63,997 bases of DNA, filler included, from Circinaria calcarea (GCA_051942165.1; 25 parts of 25 records of this genome joined end to end with filler, not necessarily neighbours in it), one strand, 5' to 3'. Counted from the first letter of the whole stretch, positions 51,761-63,041 are shown. Numbers and translations: made by a program. Notes: generated by a model from the letters alone, not told the origin.

Positions 51761-52125
51761 TCAAGGTCTCCGATAATACACTGTACTGTACTGTCTTTAC
51801 AGTGCAGAGCTCGGCACTGTATCGTCAGTACACTATTGCACTGTATTAATAGTGCGCACTGACAATGCAGCTGATTTCGCTTAATAGGGGTAAATAGCCA
51901 CGGTTATCGGCCATTGAAGTTCCGGCTTTAAAAGGGGGGCCGAGCGTTGGCTGGGAGCCTTGTAAGGCTGTGCGTAGAGCTGCATCATCAGTGCAAAACC
52001 TTCTGCACTGGCAGTATAGTGCAGTGCACGTAGCCCACACTGCACCGATAGTATAGGCTCGGTAGTGCCACTGTACCATGAACTACCAAGTCGCACTGTA
52101 CCGGCTGCACTATTGGAGGCCTTGA
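51761..52125. mobile_element. MITE-like element with degenerate ~19-bp terminal inverted repeats
   Basis: Left TCAAGGTCTCCGATAATAC versus reverse-complemented right TCAAGGCCTCCAATAGTGC (differences are all transitions); CACTGT/CAGTGC subterminal repeats; no TSD seen. Confidence 0.65.
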
Positions 52126-52276
52126 AGCAGTCCTTCGTAAAGGAGCTAGAGGAAAAGGACTTTTCTGAAGAGTGATTGTTTATTGTTAGATGGCCGCATT
52201 ATTCTCGCAGTACTAAATCTTGTCAAAGCAGCGCTGTCTAAACGGGGCAGCTTGCCTATTTAATCTTCCCAACTCC

Positions 52277-53826
52277 TCAAACACACATCAGTGATTTCCC
52301 TCCATCCCACGTGACCCTTTTCCTCACTCTCAGCTTCCACAACCCCTTCCTTCCCTTCCCTCTCTCCTCCTTCAAACTCCAGTCCCCCACCATCGCCGAC
52401 GGCGCAAACACGAGCGCCTCGCCGGTCTCCAGGTCCAGGATACGTTCGAAAAACTCCGCCGTTTCGCAGCTCTCCGTCCCCTTCTTCTGCTCCTCGGCCA
52501 CGAAGACGTGTTTGCGCAGCAGATTGAACCACTCCGGGCTCGAAAAGCGGTGGATGATGGTGATGGAACAAAGATCGATGAGCCGCGGCGAGATGGTGGG
52601 TTCTTGGGTCGAGATGATCAAGCGCACACCGTAGTGCCGTTGTTGCCGTATCACGGTTAGCAGGGACTCGGTCAAAGCTTTGGACGCTGGGGTGTCGGAC
52701 ATGTACTGCCATCCTGTCAGCTTCAAAGTTCAGGAGCCTGGGATAGTGAAGTCTTTGGGATGTGAGACGCGAACCTTGTGGGCCTCGTCAACGGCGATGA
52801 CCTTGCCGGTACTGGAGCTGGATTCCAAGTACATGCCCATACCGATCTTAAATAAAACACATGCAGTATTTGCATCCACAAACGGGCAAGAGAGATCCAT
52901 GATTGTCACCGTGCCAGCTTCGAAAGCAGGAGCGGGTGTAGAGCCTTCCAGGTCCAGAAAGGACTCCAGCAGATCGAGTCGCTGGTTCAGGAACTCTCGC
53001 TGTTTTCTATCAAGATCTGCGTCGTCGAGGCGACGTCTAAAAGTCGGATAACTGAATTGAGATGATTCTGAGGCCATGTGGCGTAAGATCTTGGTTACCT
53101 GGCCCATATAAAGCGGTGCTGCTTGCGTTTGATCAACGGACATCAGCGTCATAATGGTGCCGATGTTCAAGTTTTTGGGAAGGATCTTAAATGGCTGGAC
53201 AGTGACGCCTGGGATTTGCATGTACAAGGGACGTAAAGTAAGGTAGTTTGAGGGGGAAACGAGAACAATGATTGAAGTAACACCTAAGTGATGCTGGAAC
53301 TGTGGATTTGGGCACGCAAGGAATGCCGTTTCACTCGGCTTAAAACTCGATTGGGACGCCCATTCGCTGAAATGAAAGACCAAGACGGAAAGCGGCTTCT
53401 GAAGGACTCCTAGTATGGGAGACCGGATAAGGCAGTTCTCTATACTCTGTAAGGACCTCTGAAGTAGATTGTAAGGGTCTGGTCCGATTACCAATTAAAC
53501 AACCTGTCGTGTGTGATTTCCCACTTCCCTGCAAGCCGCATATAAATGCCGAGAAGGGGATATTTGTATTGAGGAAGATTCGTCGATCAGCGGCTTTCAC
53601 AGAATCATTATTTTGGTTCGGGCTCAAGTTTCCTAGCAGTCCATATTGTGGTATAAGATTCTGATCACAGTGTTCCAACGCATCCGCAGAGAAAAGAACA
53701 GCACTTTGAGCGTTATTAACTGCAAGTTTCCCTTGTCCAGAAGTGTTTATGTCACCATCATCCAGGAGCATAAGCTGATCGATTCGTATGGAGTCCTGGA
53801 AATCGGAAGTACTTGTGCTCTTGCTG
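52277..53826 (-). CDS. HerA/FtsK-like P-loop ATPase, 2 introns (~53438-53493, ~52707-52774)
   Basis: Walker A FICGLQGSGKSHT, Walker B VIAVDEAHKY, and IRQQRHYGVRLIISTQEP (Arg finger plus STQ strand). Confidence 0.85.
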
Positions 53827-53926
53827 NNNNNNNNNNNNNNNNNNNNNNNNNNNNNNNNNNNNNNNNNNNNTTAATTAATTAANNNNNNNNNNNNNNNNNN
53901 NNNNNNNNNNNNNNNNNNNNNNNNNN

Positions 53927-54350
53927 ATTTACATATTCGGCCGAGGTCTTTCCGCTATCACATCGTGAAGTGGGCATGAGTTGGGCGGTAGCGACTTGTC
54001 TGTTTTGGGCCGCCGCGCTTTCGATTACCTTTCCCCGTCTCCTGCAAGTCTTTGGCGTGACCGGAGCATTTGGCTTCTACGCCGGACTCAATGTCATTGC
54101 TCTCTGCATGATCTTCCTCTTCGTGCCGGAGACCAAGCAGCGGACACTTGAAGAGTTGGACTACGTCTTTGCCGTGCCGACGCGTACGCACATGCATTAT
54201 CAGCTCACCAAGGCACTTCCGTACTGGTTTAAGAAATGGATCCTTCAAAAGAAGAATGTCCACTTGAAGCCGCTGTACAACTTTGATGAAAACCTCCACG
54301 AGCATCAAGGTAGAGCCTCGAGCAAGGTTGGGATAGAGAAAAGCCTTTGA
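53927..54350 (+). CDS. MFS sugar/polyol transporter, C-terminal fragment
   Basis: [16 protein letters not shown] and [13 protein letters not shown] sugar-porter signatures. Confidence 0.93.
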
Positions 54351-54586
54351 AGGGATTAGCGCATTAGGCACGGGGGTCTTTATGATTTGTTTGTCAGTAT
54401 ACTACGGCCGAAACGTTTCTGGCTAGTCTATGGAGGATTTCTTTTCACGGCCTTTCTTCTGATACCATATAGTTCAAGTAGAAAAATAGAACAGAGACCT
54501 TCACACGCCTAGTGAATTCTACTATTTTCAATGTGATAATGTACGAGGACCGATCAGAAGCACGCAAGGTTATGACAGTAGACGGT

Positions 54587-54881
54587 CGAAGTCCGAAGTC
54601 CGAAGTCCGAAATCCGTACGAGAAAAACGCTTTTGTGAGTCTTTTGTATCAAAGTTGACAAAATACGATGCGATATGTATCTTACGATGCAGCGCGAGAA
54701 AAGGGCGTGGAGCGGAGTGGAGTGGAGTGGAATAGAGAAAATTTGCATAACTACGTATTGTATTCTTTCCTTCCTTCTTCTTCTTGGTTTCTGTATATAC
54801 TCATTTATTCCACAAACCACAATTCTTACAATTCTTACAATTCTCGATAGAAATAACCAAAGAATAATAAACAAACAAACA
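54587..54881. repeat. Cluster of short tandem repeats: (CGAAGTC)n, (GGAGT)n, (TTC)n, (ACAATTCTT)n, (AAAC)n
   Basis: Visible directly in the sequence, next to the end of repeat copy 2. Confidence 0.7.
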
Positions 54882-54907
54882 AGGGATACGGAGGTCGCGC
54901 GCGTTGT

Positions 54908-56382
54908 GGTACCGGTAGCTAAGGTGGGGATAAGTATGGGGAAACTCCCGAATCAGAAAGGCGAAATGGAAAGACCAAGTTCATCGGCTTAGAAGAAAGG
55001 AGTAAAGGTTACGAAAGCTGGCATGGGAATACAATCAATCAATCAATCAAGCAATCCATTGAGTTTTTAGATTTTCGAATTTGACTCAAATAGAATCGAA
55101 TCTGTTGCCCTTTGGCCCTTGGCTTGCCGGAATAACCAGAATAAAAGCGTATATACACTACGCTTATTTACCTTTCTATATAATATATTTACATGTGGAA
55201 CGCAATCACCCCGTTTATCACTATACTATTTATGCAATGTTTCCTCCAACTCCCCACTTCTTTCCTCTCAATCCTGTTGGAAGCCATAGGGCTTACCGAA
55301 GCATGTGTTGCATAGGAGGTCTATGTTCAACACTCCTTACACACCATAAAAGCACTTTTCTCTACGTAAATAGCTTAGATAGTCACACCCTCAGATAGCA
55401 TGAATGCCACCACACATTACTGCATGCTCAACAAATCCTCTTCTTTTTTTCCAAAAAAAAATTCCAATCACCCTAACGTAATATAACCCTAAAACAACTG
55501 ATCCCGACTTGACATAAAGGAGCCTAGACATCGAGACGGGATTCGAATTTTGGATTTTCTGTTCCGCGCCCTAGACTTTGTCCCCGATAAATGGGCGGTT
55601 CGGTAGTCTGGTAGTAATGGATGAAAAAAAGGGAGGGTGGGAATCTAAGCTTATTTTTAATACGATACGAAAAAATCCCTGTACCGAGAAAACTGGAGAT
55701 CGCGTACAGATACGCAAGATTGCGGGACGAGGATAAGCGCTGCCCTACTCGAGATATTTTTGCGCGGGAGAGGTTGGAAACTGCGAGTTTTGTACAACGA
55801 GTACCACAACCAAGACGAGGTGTAGAATATCTCACCACCGAAATCGTATTATGGTGTTGCTTTTTACTTTTCCTTGGTCGAGACCGTAGAAACCGTAATA
55901 CATGGAATCTCTGACTTCGGGTCCAAGAGTCCAAACCCCTACAGTAGGGGACGGAAACGGGTAGCGTTTCGGAATTTTGACTAGCTCCCTAACATCGTTC
56001 AAGTCGGTATCAGACGCGCTTGGATAGTAAATCTATAATCTTATTCGGCTGTTTTGCCGTGAGAACGATACAGATTGAGGCACTTGCATTTGCGTGCTCA
56101 TATGAGAGTGTCAATCTCCCAAGAAATACGCCGGGGGTGGACGCCAAGATTCTCAGAAGGGGTGATTGTTTTTAGCTAAAACTATTCGTGCTTCAACACA
56201 GACACCGAAAGTAATCCTTCCCCGCGGGGGTCAATGTCAATATGTAGGTGATGCTCCCCCTAACCGATCTGTTGCCAAGTCACTCGCTAATTGCGGAAAC
56301 AACGTAGTCACTCGCTGATGGCGGGGCCAATGCGGAATTTATCGGTGATAGATCAGATGCAAATGGTGTTGCGCTAGGTAAT
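54908..56382. repeat. Unclassified ~1.5-kb dispersed repeat, copy 2 (runs off contig end)
   Basis: Reverse complement of 30889-32404. Confidence 0.95.
55275..55433. mobile_element. Solo LTR, family B (159 bp), nested in repeat copy 2
   Basis: TGTTG...CAACA ends; perfect TSD AATCC (55270-55274, 55434-55438); copy 1 has a single AATCC (GGATT at ~31833). Confidence 0.95.
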
Positions 56383-56482
56383 NNNNNNNNNNNNNNNNNN
56401 NNNNNNNNNNNNNNNNNNNNNNNNNNTTAATTAATTAANNNNNNNNNNNNNNNNNNNNNNNNNNNNNNNNNNNNNNNNNNNN

Positions 56483-57217
56483 TGTTGCTCGGTCAAGAAA
56501 GGGCAAGGGAAAACCAAGAAGAAGAGTTTCCGGGAGAGGGGAAATGGTGGGTTGAGAGACCGAGGTGGGGTGGTCATAAGCAAGAGAAAGAGAGCACAAT
56601 AGAAAAGAAAACCGAACAAGAGGGAAATGGGCAGGACAAGTCTAGGGCTGAGGGAGAAGCATTGAAAGAAAAGAAAGGAAGAGAGAGAATGATGGAAAAG
56701 TGGTGGGAGATGCAGGGACCTTCTTCGAGATGGGATAAAAGGGTTACGTATATGTATGGTGGGAAAAGCAAGCAGCAGGAATATGACGACGTAAGTTTCA
56801 ATCCCTTCTTCTTAAAGACCTCCTCCATTGCCCTTCGCATGTTTTTCTCCTCCTACACCCCCGCGTCTTTTAATCTGACCTCTTCCAACACACCTCTCTT
56901 TCTTTAGCTAATTAGTTCCGATTTTCAACTGACCTCCATTTCTTTACCAGATCTACCTCCTCTCATCCATAGCTCACCATATTTCGATCCTTCATCTACG
57001 TGTCCACTCCCGCTACTTACAGAACTTAACCCTTGGCTCACCAAATCCCGACCTAAACACGAACATAAGTGAGGAGGAACCATGGTATATCCTTTACCTG
57101 AAGCGCTCGAAGTGGTATGATCTCTTCATTCCGAAAGAGAGGGTGGAGGCTATGAAGGGGGTTTGGACGGTTTGCAGATGGATGATGAGAGATTTGGATG
57201 AAGATAAGAGGGACTGA
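56483..57217 (+). CDS. Conserved fungal hypothetical protein, C-terminal part, intron ~56791-56950
   Basis: GKWWVERPRWGG...WDKRVTY...YDD-IYLLSSIAHHISILHLRV...RSKWYDLF...RVEA; clean gtaagt...ccag intron keeps the frame. Confidence 0.7.
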
Positions 57218-57473
57218 ATGACGCGAGAGCCGGGGGGAGATGGAGCTTTGGCTAAAAGATCTTCAAGCTCGAGCTTTTATCCCTTGGTGCTTAGGCGGTT
57301 GGCATTTGACAGAGGAAGACTAGGATGATGCGTGCGAGTGCTGGATCGTCGACGGTGGCCTTGGGTCTCTGTATCGTACTCTCATCACTATGGTGATTGT
57401 ACTTTAGGCAAATCACAGTAGAAATCATGACTTTTCTTAATGGGCAGAACTCGTGCCTTGGTGCCCTTCCCCC

Positions 57474-57840
57474 CAAAAAAAAGAGAAAAAAAAAAAGAGA
57501 AAAAAGGGAGAAGGGAAGCGCGAAGAGAAAAGAAACCCAAAAAGAAAATAGAAAATAAATCGAAAAAAAAGGGAAAAAAGGGGAAGGGGAAAGGCGAAGA
57601 GAAAAGAAAAGAAAAGAAATTCAAAAAGAAAATAGAAAAGAAATCCAAAATGAAAATAGAAAAGAAATCTAAAAAGAAATAGAAAAGAAATCCAAAAAGA
57701 AAATAGAAAAGAAATCCAAAAAGGAAAGAAAAAATGAAGAAGTCAAAAACGAGGTAAAGGAAAAAAGGAAAAAAGAGATAGACGAAAAACTCCAAAAAAA
57801 GGGACAGTTTAGAGAGGAAGGCGGAAGGCGGAAAAACGAA
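57474..57840. repeat. A-rich purine tract with ~24-bp tandem units (AAAAAGAAAATAGAAAAGAAATCC)
   Basis: About five imperfect units; produces spurious poly-K and poly-F ORFs. Confidence 0.85.
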
Positions 57841-58183
57841 ACAACTCCCCCCTCTACAACCCCACCACGCAATCACCAAACAACTCAAACAACAAGACTT
57901 GGGAAACATAGCAATGCGAGAATGTCCTGGATTAGATATGCGTCCGAATCTTCTCGCCCATTTACGAATCCTGCATTTGATCCCACATTCACGGCTCTTC
58001 TTTCCTTCTTGGCGACTTGCAGGCAGGCATATAGGAGAGCAAGGGGCGGCAATTTCAGCTATCGAAAGGTTCGAGAAACAGCGACTAAAGAGTGTCCCCT
58101 GATGGGAAAGCCTCTGGAGTGTTCACGGAATGGATCCCGATTCTTGAATCCCGGATTGTCAGCTCGTTTCTCCTGGAGATGAG

Positions 58184-58527
58184 TGTTGGGCAGTATGTGT
58201 GGGTGGTATGTATACATTGCTATGTCGGGTGACTAGCTCAACTAACTATGCAGCGAAAAAGTTGCTTTTGGAAGGTATATGGAGAGTGTGGAGCATGGAT
58301 CACGCATTACCCGTAGGTAACACGTGACTCGGTAAGCCCTGTGCCTTCCAACGGTAAAAGGCTCTGGATTTACTAACGCAGCAATAGGTATGGTGGCATT
58401 GCTACCTGAGCATGTGTCTTTCTAAATTATCTATGCAGCGAAAAAATACTCTTATGATATGTGTGGAAGTGTTGAGCATGGACCTCCTATGCAACACGTG
58501 CCTCGGTAAGCCCTATGACTTCCAACA
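58184..58527. mobile_element. Two adjacent diverged family-B LTR copies (58184-58353, ~58371-58527)
   Basis: Both end AACACGTG.CTCGGTAAGCCCT.TG.CTTCCAAC(A/G), matching the reverse complement of 55275-55433. Confidence 0.8.
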
Positions 58528-58837
58528 GCCCGAAGTCTTTGAAGTAGACCAGGGCAACGAGTCCACTTATGCGTACTCGCGTAGTGCTTTCAAGAGGATG
58601 GGGATGGGATTGTTGCCCAGAAAGATATATTTACCGCTCAAGCAGAATCTGTTGATGATGAAGTGCCCGAGTTTATTATCACGGGAGGTTTTAATAAGGT
58701 GAGTGGAATTGATTAATTCTATCTATGCCCGAAGCTAGGCTTTAAGGCCAAAGGCCTTGGTTAGCTAACTAACCTCCTGTTCCTTCCTTCGCATGACACC
58801 GTCCGCTAGTGAAAAGGGAACCGTTTAGATCTAACCG

Positions 58838-58938
58838 GTTTTCATCGGCAGGATTATACCCAGTGTTCTCAATACCCCACCCCACTTACCCCGGGGTGGG
58901 GTATTGAGAACACTGGGTATAATCCTGCCGATGAAAAC
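58838..58938. repeat. Perfect 46-bp-arm hairpin at contig end
   Basis: 58838-58883 is the exact reverse complement of 58893-58938, with a 9-nt loop. Confidence 0.95.
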
Positions 58939-59038
58939 NNNNNNNNNNNNNNNNNNNNNNNNNNNNNNNNNNNNNNNNNNNNTTAATTAATTAANNNNNN
59001 NNNNNNNNNNNNNNNNNNNNNNNNNNNNNNNNNNNNNN

Positions 59039-59196
59039 CATGCAGCATAGCATAGCGAAAGCACGCAGCGTAGCATAGCGCATAGCATGGAAACAGCATG
59101 CAGCATAACACGGAAAGAGCATGCAGCATAGCACAGAAAGAGCATGCAGCATAGCACGGAAAGAGCATGCAGCATAGCATAGAAAAAGCAAGCTGC
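59039..59196. repeat. Minisatellite, ~23-bp unit GCATGCAGCATAGCACRGAAAGA
   Basis: At least four near-identical units plus degenerate ones. Confidence 0.85.
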
Positions 59197-60176
59197 ATAT
59201 AAGTCCTAAATATTTGCGCGGAGAGTGTATAATCGAGCATTTTGCGACCTTCCTATAAAAGTAAGAGCTAAGGCCCAAAATGGACAGAAAACTAGGCCGA
59301 AAAGCGTAAAAAAACTAAATTCTTTACGGCCACTTTAAGTGTTCTGCTGAGACTCCGGTAGAATTTTGCTCGGATCGGACCGGGTCGTGCCCAGATTTAT
59401 AACCCTTCAACTTCGTTCCTCGTTTCAGGGCATAAATAAAAAAGAAAGGAAATAATTATAAGGGCGCTGCAATCCTTGGGGCCTATTAAGGAATATAATA
59501 AGTCCCGATTGGTAATAGCACGGTTACATAGGGTGTAATTGAACTGTTGCCCTAGGCTTAATATAAAAGGAGTATATTGAACTCGTTATGGTTCTATAAG
59601 CATGCTATTCTAAAGAACGAGGAATAGCCTGCTTATATAATAGCCTGAGCACCCTGAGCACCCGGAGCACTACGTTGCTCATTCTGCTCACTCCGCTCAG
59701 TCACGTATGGTAAACCCGCTAGTCCGTATTAGTCCTGGACCCTGAGTATGGCGTGGCGCCATAACAATAACGGCTTTACCGTAGAATTTAATACTATTTC
59801 TATTATAGCTTATTAACTTTATTTACGCTTTTAAAGCGAAGGCATTTTCTATTTAGCTAATAATAATTATGGTTACACCGCAGGCTGCGCCTGCTATATA
59901 GGGAATAATGGGGGAAATTAGCGTATTCTCTATAGTATATCCCGGGGTTCTTCCCCACGACAGAAAGACATCCCTTCATTTCATACAATAGTACTTTGCA
60001 CTTCATGCAACAATTTTAACGCTGTCATCCGCGGATTATCCACGCTATTTGATCTACGATATCCTTCTGGTGTTCATTATGGTCGGAAGGGAAATTGTTG
60101 TTAGTGGACTTGGCATAATAAGGTATACTTTACATATAACGACCACAGTAACTATATACCATATCGTACTAACAGC

Positions 60177-60487
60177 CAGCGCCGCCAGTAGTCCAAACAA
60201 TCCAGTCCAGAGGCTGGACTGTAACTGCCTTAGCAGTCCAAAGGGTGGACTAAGACTGGCAGTCTGGACAGCAGTCTGGACTACCAGTTCAGTCCGGACT
60301 GCCAAGACTTAATTTACACGATATAACGTCAGAAAAAGCCTAATCAAGACTAATTGAAGACTAGCGTCAATCCAGAGAATCGAAATTCCGAAGGCTACCC
60401 ACTATTTTCTTTACGGTTAAAGTTAGTACCTCGACTGCAGTCCAGACTGACAGTCCAGTCCGGACTGCTGGACTACTGGCGGCCCTG
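60177..60487. mobile_element. hAT-type MITE (311 bp)
   Basis: 19-bp TIRs CAG(C/G)GCCGCCAGTAGTCCA; 8-bp TSD CTAACAGC/CTAGCAGC (60169-60176, 60488-60495); many CAGTCC/GGACTG subterminal motifs. Confidence 0.9.
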
Positions 60488-61154
60488 CTAGCAGCAATTT
60501 ACCCCTGCGACCACAGTATGCGGTAGTAACCGATAAAGGTCTCCACGATACCCGGCAACGGTATGTGAACTTCCGATCGCTTTGACGCATGGTGGCTTAA
60601 AAGGGAAGAGAGAGCCTGTTGGTGAAAGCGCGTGGCGCTTGCGCTCACCAATCAATATACGAGGAGTTATCACTGAGATTACTGGTACCGAGTAGGTTCG
60701 AATCCTAATGGCGCTGCTTTTTGGTGGCTGAGTGGTTACTTCCTCGCTTTTCTACCTCCGGAGCTTCCAGAGGTGGACACCCAAGCCAAAAGATAGGAAC
60801 GTTGTAAAGGTATTTTTAAAAACACACTGTTTTATACGGCGTATCCCATGTCTTCCAAACAAGAGAGCATGACCACAGGAACACTTTACACCGTCGGACA
60901 AAAAACTCTAGCGCGTTGCAATTGCCGTATCTGCTCAGGAAGATCCAAGGCTGCATGAGCATGGCGCCTAGGTATGTGATTTGTACAAATTGGTTGAACC
61001 GCCATTGGTTTTCAATCTCCACATTTGAATGGGGTTGTATCCACCGCAATCTATTAAAAAGGCTGAGCCTAACCTGGTCCATTAGGATCCCCTTATCATC
61101 GGTACCTAATTGCCCTCTTCCACCTTTACGAGATTCCAACTCTCCAACATCAAC

Positions 61155-61493
61155 ATGCAAGCTGGAAAGCGTACTTTTCTCCTTCCCTGTCTGACTCTCT
61201 TATTCTCCGCCCAAGTGCTCGCGGAATGTTACCGTCCCAACGGCGCCCTGGTAAGGGAAACAGACTACGTGCCATGTAATTCTCAGCTCGGAGTGGAATC
61301 CATGTGCTGCGCGACAAATCGAAAGTCGGCTGCAGATAAATGCCTCCCGAACGGCCTGTGCAGGAATTACGTAGAGAACAGCCAAGGAAATGGTATCACG
61401 GACATTCTCTGGCGGGAAAGCTGCACCGACCCGACATGGAAGAGCCCGTTTTGCTTGGATTTATGTACCACTGGCTTTGGTAAGTTTAATGGG
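61155..61493 (+). CDS. Secreted or cell-surface Cys-rich protein, N-terminal fragment
   Basis: Signal-peptide-like segment then CYxPNG...PC...SMCC...DxCLxNGLC...WRESCTDPTW.S..C...C (8 Cys). Confidence 0.85.
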
Positions 61494-61593
61494 NNNNNNN
61501 NNNNNNNNNNNNNNNNNNNNNNNNNNNNNNNNNNNNNTTAATTAATTAANNNNNNNNNNNNNNNNNNNNNNNNNNNNNNNNNNNNNNNNNNNN

Positions 61594-62272
61594 GTATAGA
61601 CCGTCACGTCCTCGCCTTCGACACTAACGTCAGGCCGTCTGAAATGCTGCAACGCAGCAATGACGGCCATGCAACTTGCGTCAACTAAGCCCCCATCATA
61701 GTCCAATACGTGCACATCAGCGCGAACGTTCCAACATTTGTGGCCGGCGAGAATGCAAAGGGACTCGGTGTCTAAGGCGTTACATCGGCGAATAGCCTTC
61801 TCGAGCAGGCGGGAGAGGATGGTTTCTTGCTCTGTTTGTCTGGCAATTTAGCCTCGGTTAGGATAGGTAACGGGAGGAAGGGAGCGACGGAGAATTGGAG
61901 CGTAATGTGGATAGTAGAGGGCGGAAATGTACCTCCCTAATTCAAAGGTTGGTGAAGCCATGGGGGAAAGCTCGGTGGTTATCGTGAAGATGCCATCAAA
62001 CTTCCGGTCTGGGAAGGGTTGGGTGACCTCTGCCGATATACGTGCGAGAACCCTGGGAATACTGTCAGGTTCGACTGCCCGAGATCAGGGTGCGAGTTTT
62101 TTAGATACCTGGTGCCTCCCAACCTTACATCCGCAAGCCCATGCTCATCACCGAAGCTGAGTTGAGGGTCACGGAAAGTGTCAAAGGCGCGACCATCAAT
62201 TCGTATGTTTTCTCGAAGAGCCTCGAGCACGAAATTGCGCTCGTTCGTCGACGGCTCAACCTCTCGAGGCAT
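61594..62272 (-). CDS. RRP45: Exosome complex component Rrp45, 3'-truncated, 2 introns
   Basis: MPREVEPSTNERNF...RIDGR...TELSPMASP...LSRLLEKAIRR..ALDTESLCI...W.VRADVH.LD.DG.L.DA...HFRRPD. Confidence 0.95.
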
Positions 62273-62618
62273 CACATGAAACCCTTCTCGGATGCGCGTA
62301 TTGCGCAGTGATCGTAGTCAACCTCAATAGCACTGTGAGTAGCCGGAAACCCTAATAATATTTAAGCAGCATTGTTACTGACGATTGATCGGTGAAACGT
62401 CTGACCGCCCACTGGCTCCAAGTGGAGACGGAAAATTTTCGTATGCTTTAAAAAATTTCGAAATTAGTTCAATTAGCGGAGATTAATGTAAATTCAAGTA
62501 TGGAATCCCCTCGCCAAGGCTACCTTGGTAGGCAAGTAGGATGCCTCGGAAACCGGAGATTGGCATTCCGATGCCCAAACTTTGTAAATTCAGCCGTACT
62601 CGGTATATATAGAGGTTG

Positions 62619-62807
62619 TCCCTTAAACCGTTGCTCTGGCACACCGAACAGTGCACGGTACATGAGATTCCGGGCACTAATAAAAATTTTAATTCTGGCC
62701 AATCAGCGGAGAAGAAATGCCCATTTACACAGTAATTTGTGCAGGGAAACTAAAACCCCCCACCTACTAGTATCGTGCACGGTATGCCAGAGCAACGGTT
62801 CAAGGGA
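62619..62807. repeat. Imperfect ~40-bp inverted repeat pair between RRP45 and CWC15
   Basis: TCCCTTAAACCGTTGCTCTGGCACACCG (from 62619) versus CGGTATGCCAGAGCAACGGTTCAAGGGA (to 62807). Confidence 0.8.
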
Positions 62808-63041
62808 TACCTACTTATGCATAGAACCACGAGAGTAAATGCAACGTACGTACGGTAAGCATGGACAAAAAAATGTTATGTCTTCTTATTCGCACATGTG
62901 AAAATCTCCCTGGAGAGAATTTCCGAATTATTTCACCCGATTGGGTTAGATTAAGTTACTGAAGTAATTCAAATGCCAAGGCCCAGAATACTCTAGGTAC
63001 TCACTTACGTCAAGAAAGAGAGATCGCGACCTACAGCTAGG

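Noticed and set aside
55081..55934. ORFs inside the 1.5-kb repeat as a transposase
   Set aside because: Reading frames are not conserved between the two copies and no transposase, RT or recombinase motif is evident.
57388..57909. Poly-Phe and poly-Lys ORFs
   Set aside because: Translations of an A-rich tandem repeat.
2485..61593. Regularly spaced TTAATTAATTAA repeats as a CRISPR-like or biological array
   Set aside because: Always centred in 44+44 N, between contigs of steadily decreasing length; an artificial linker.
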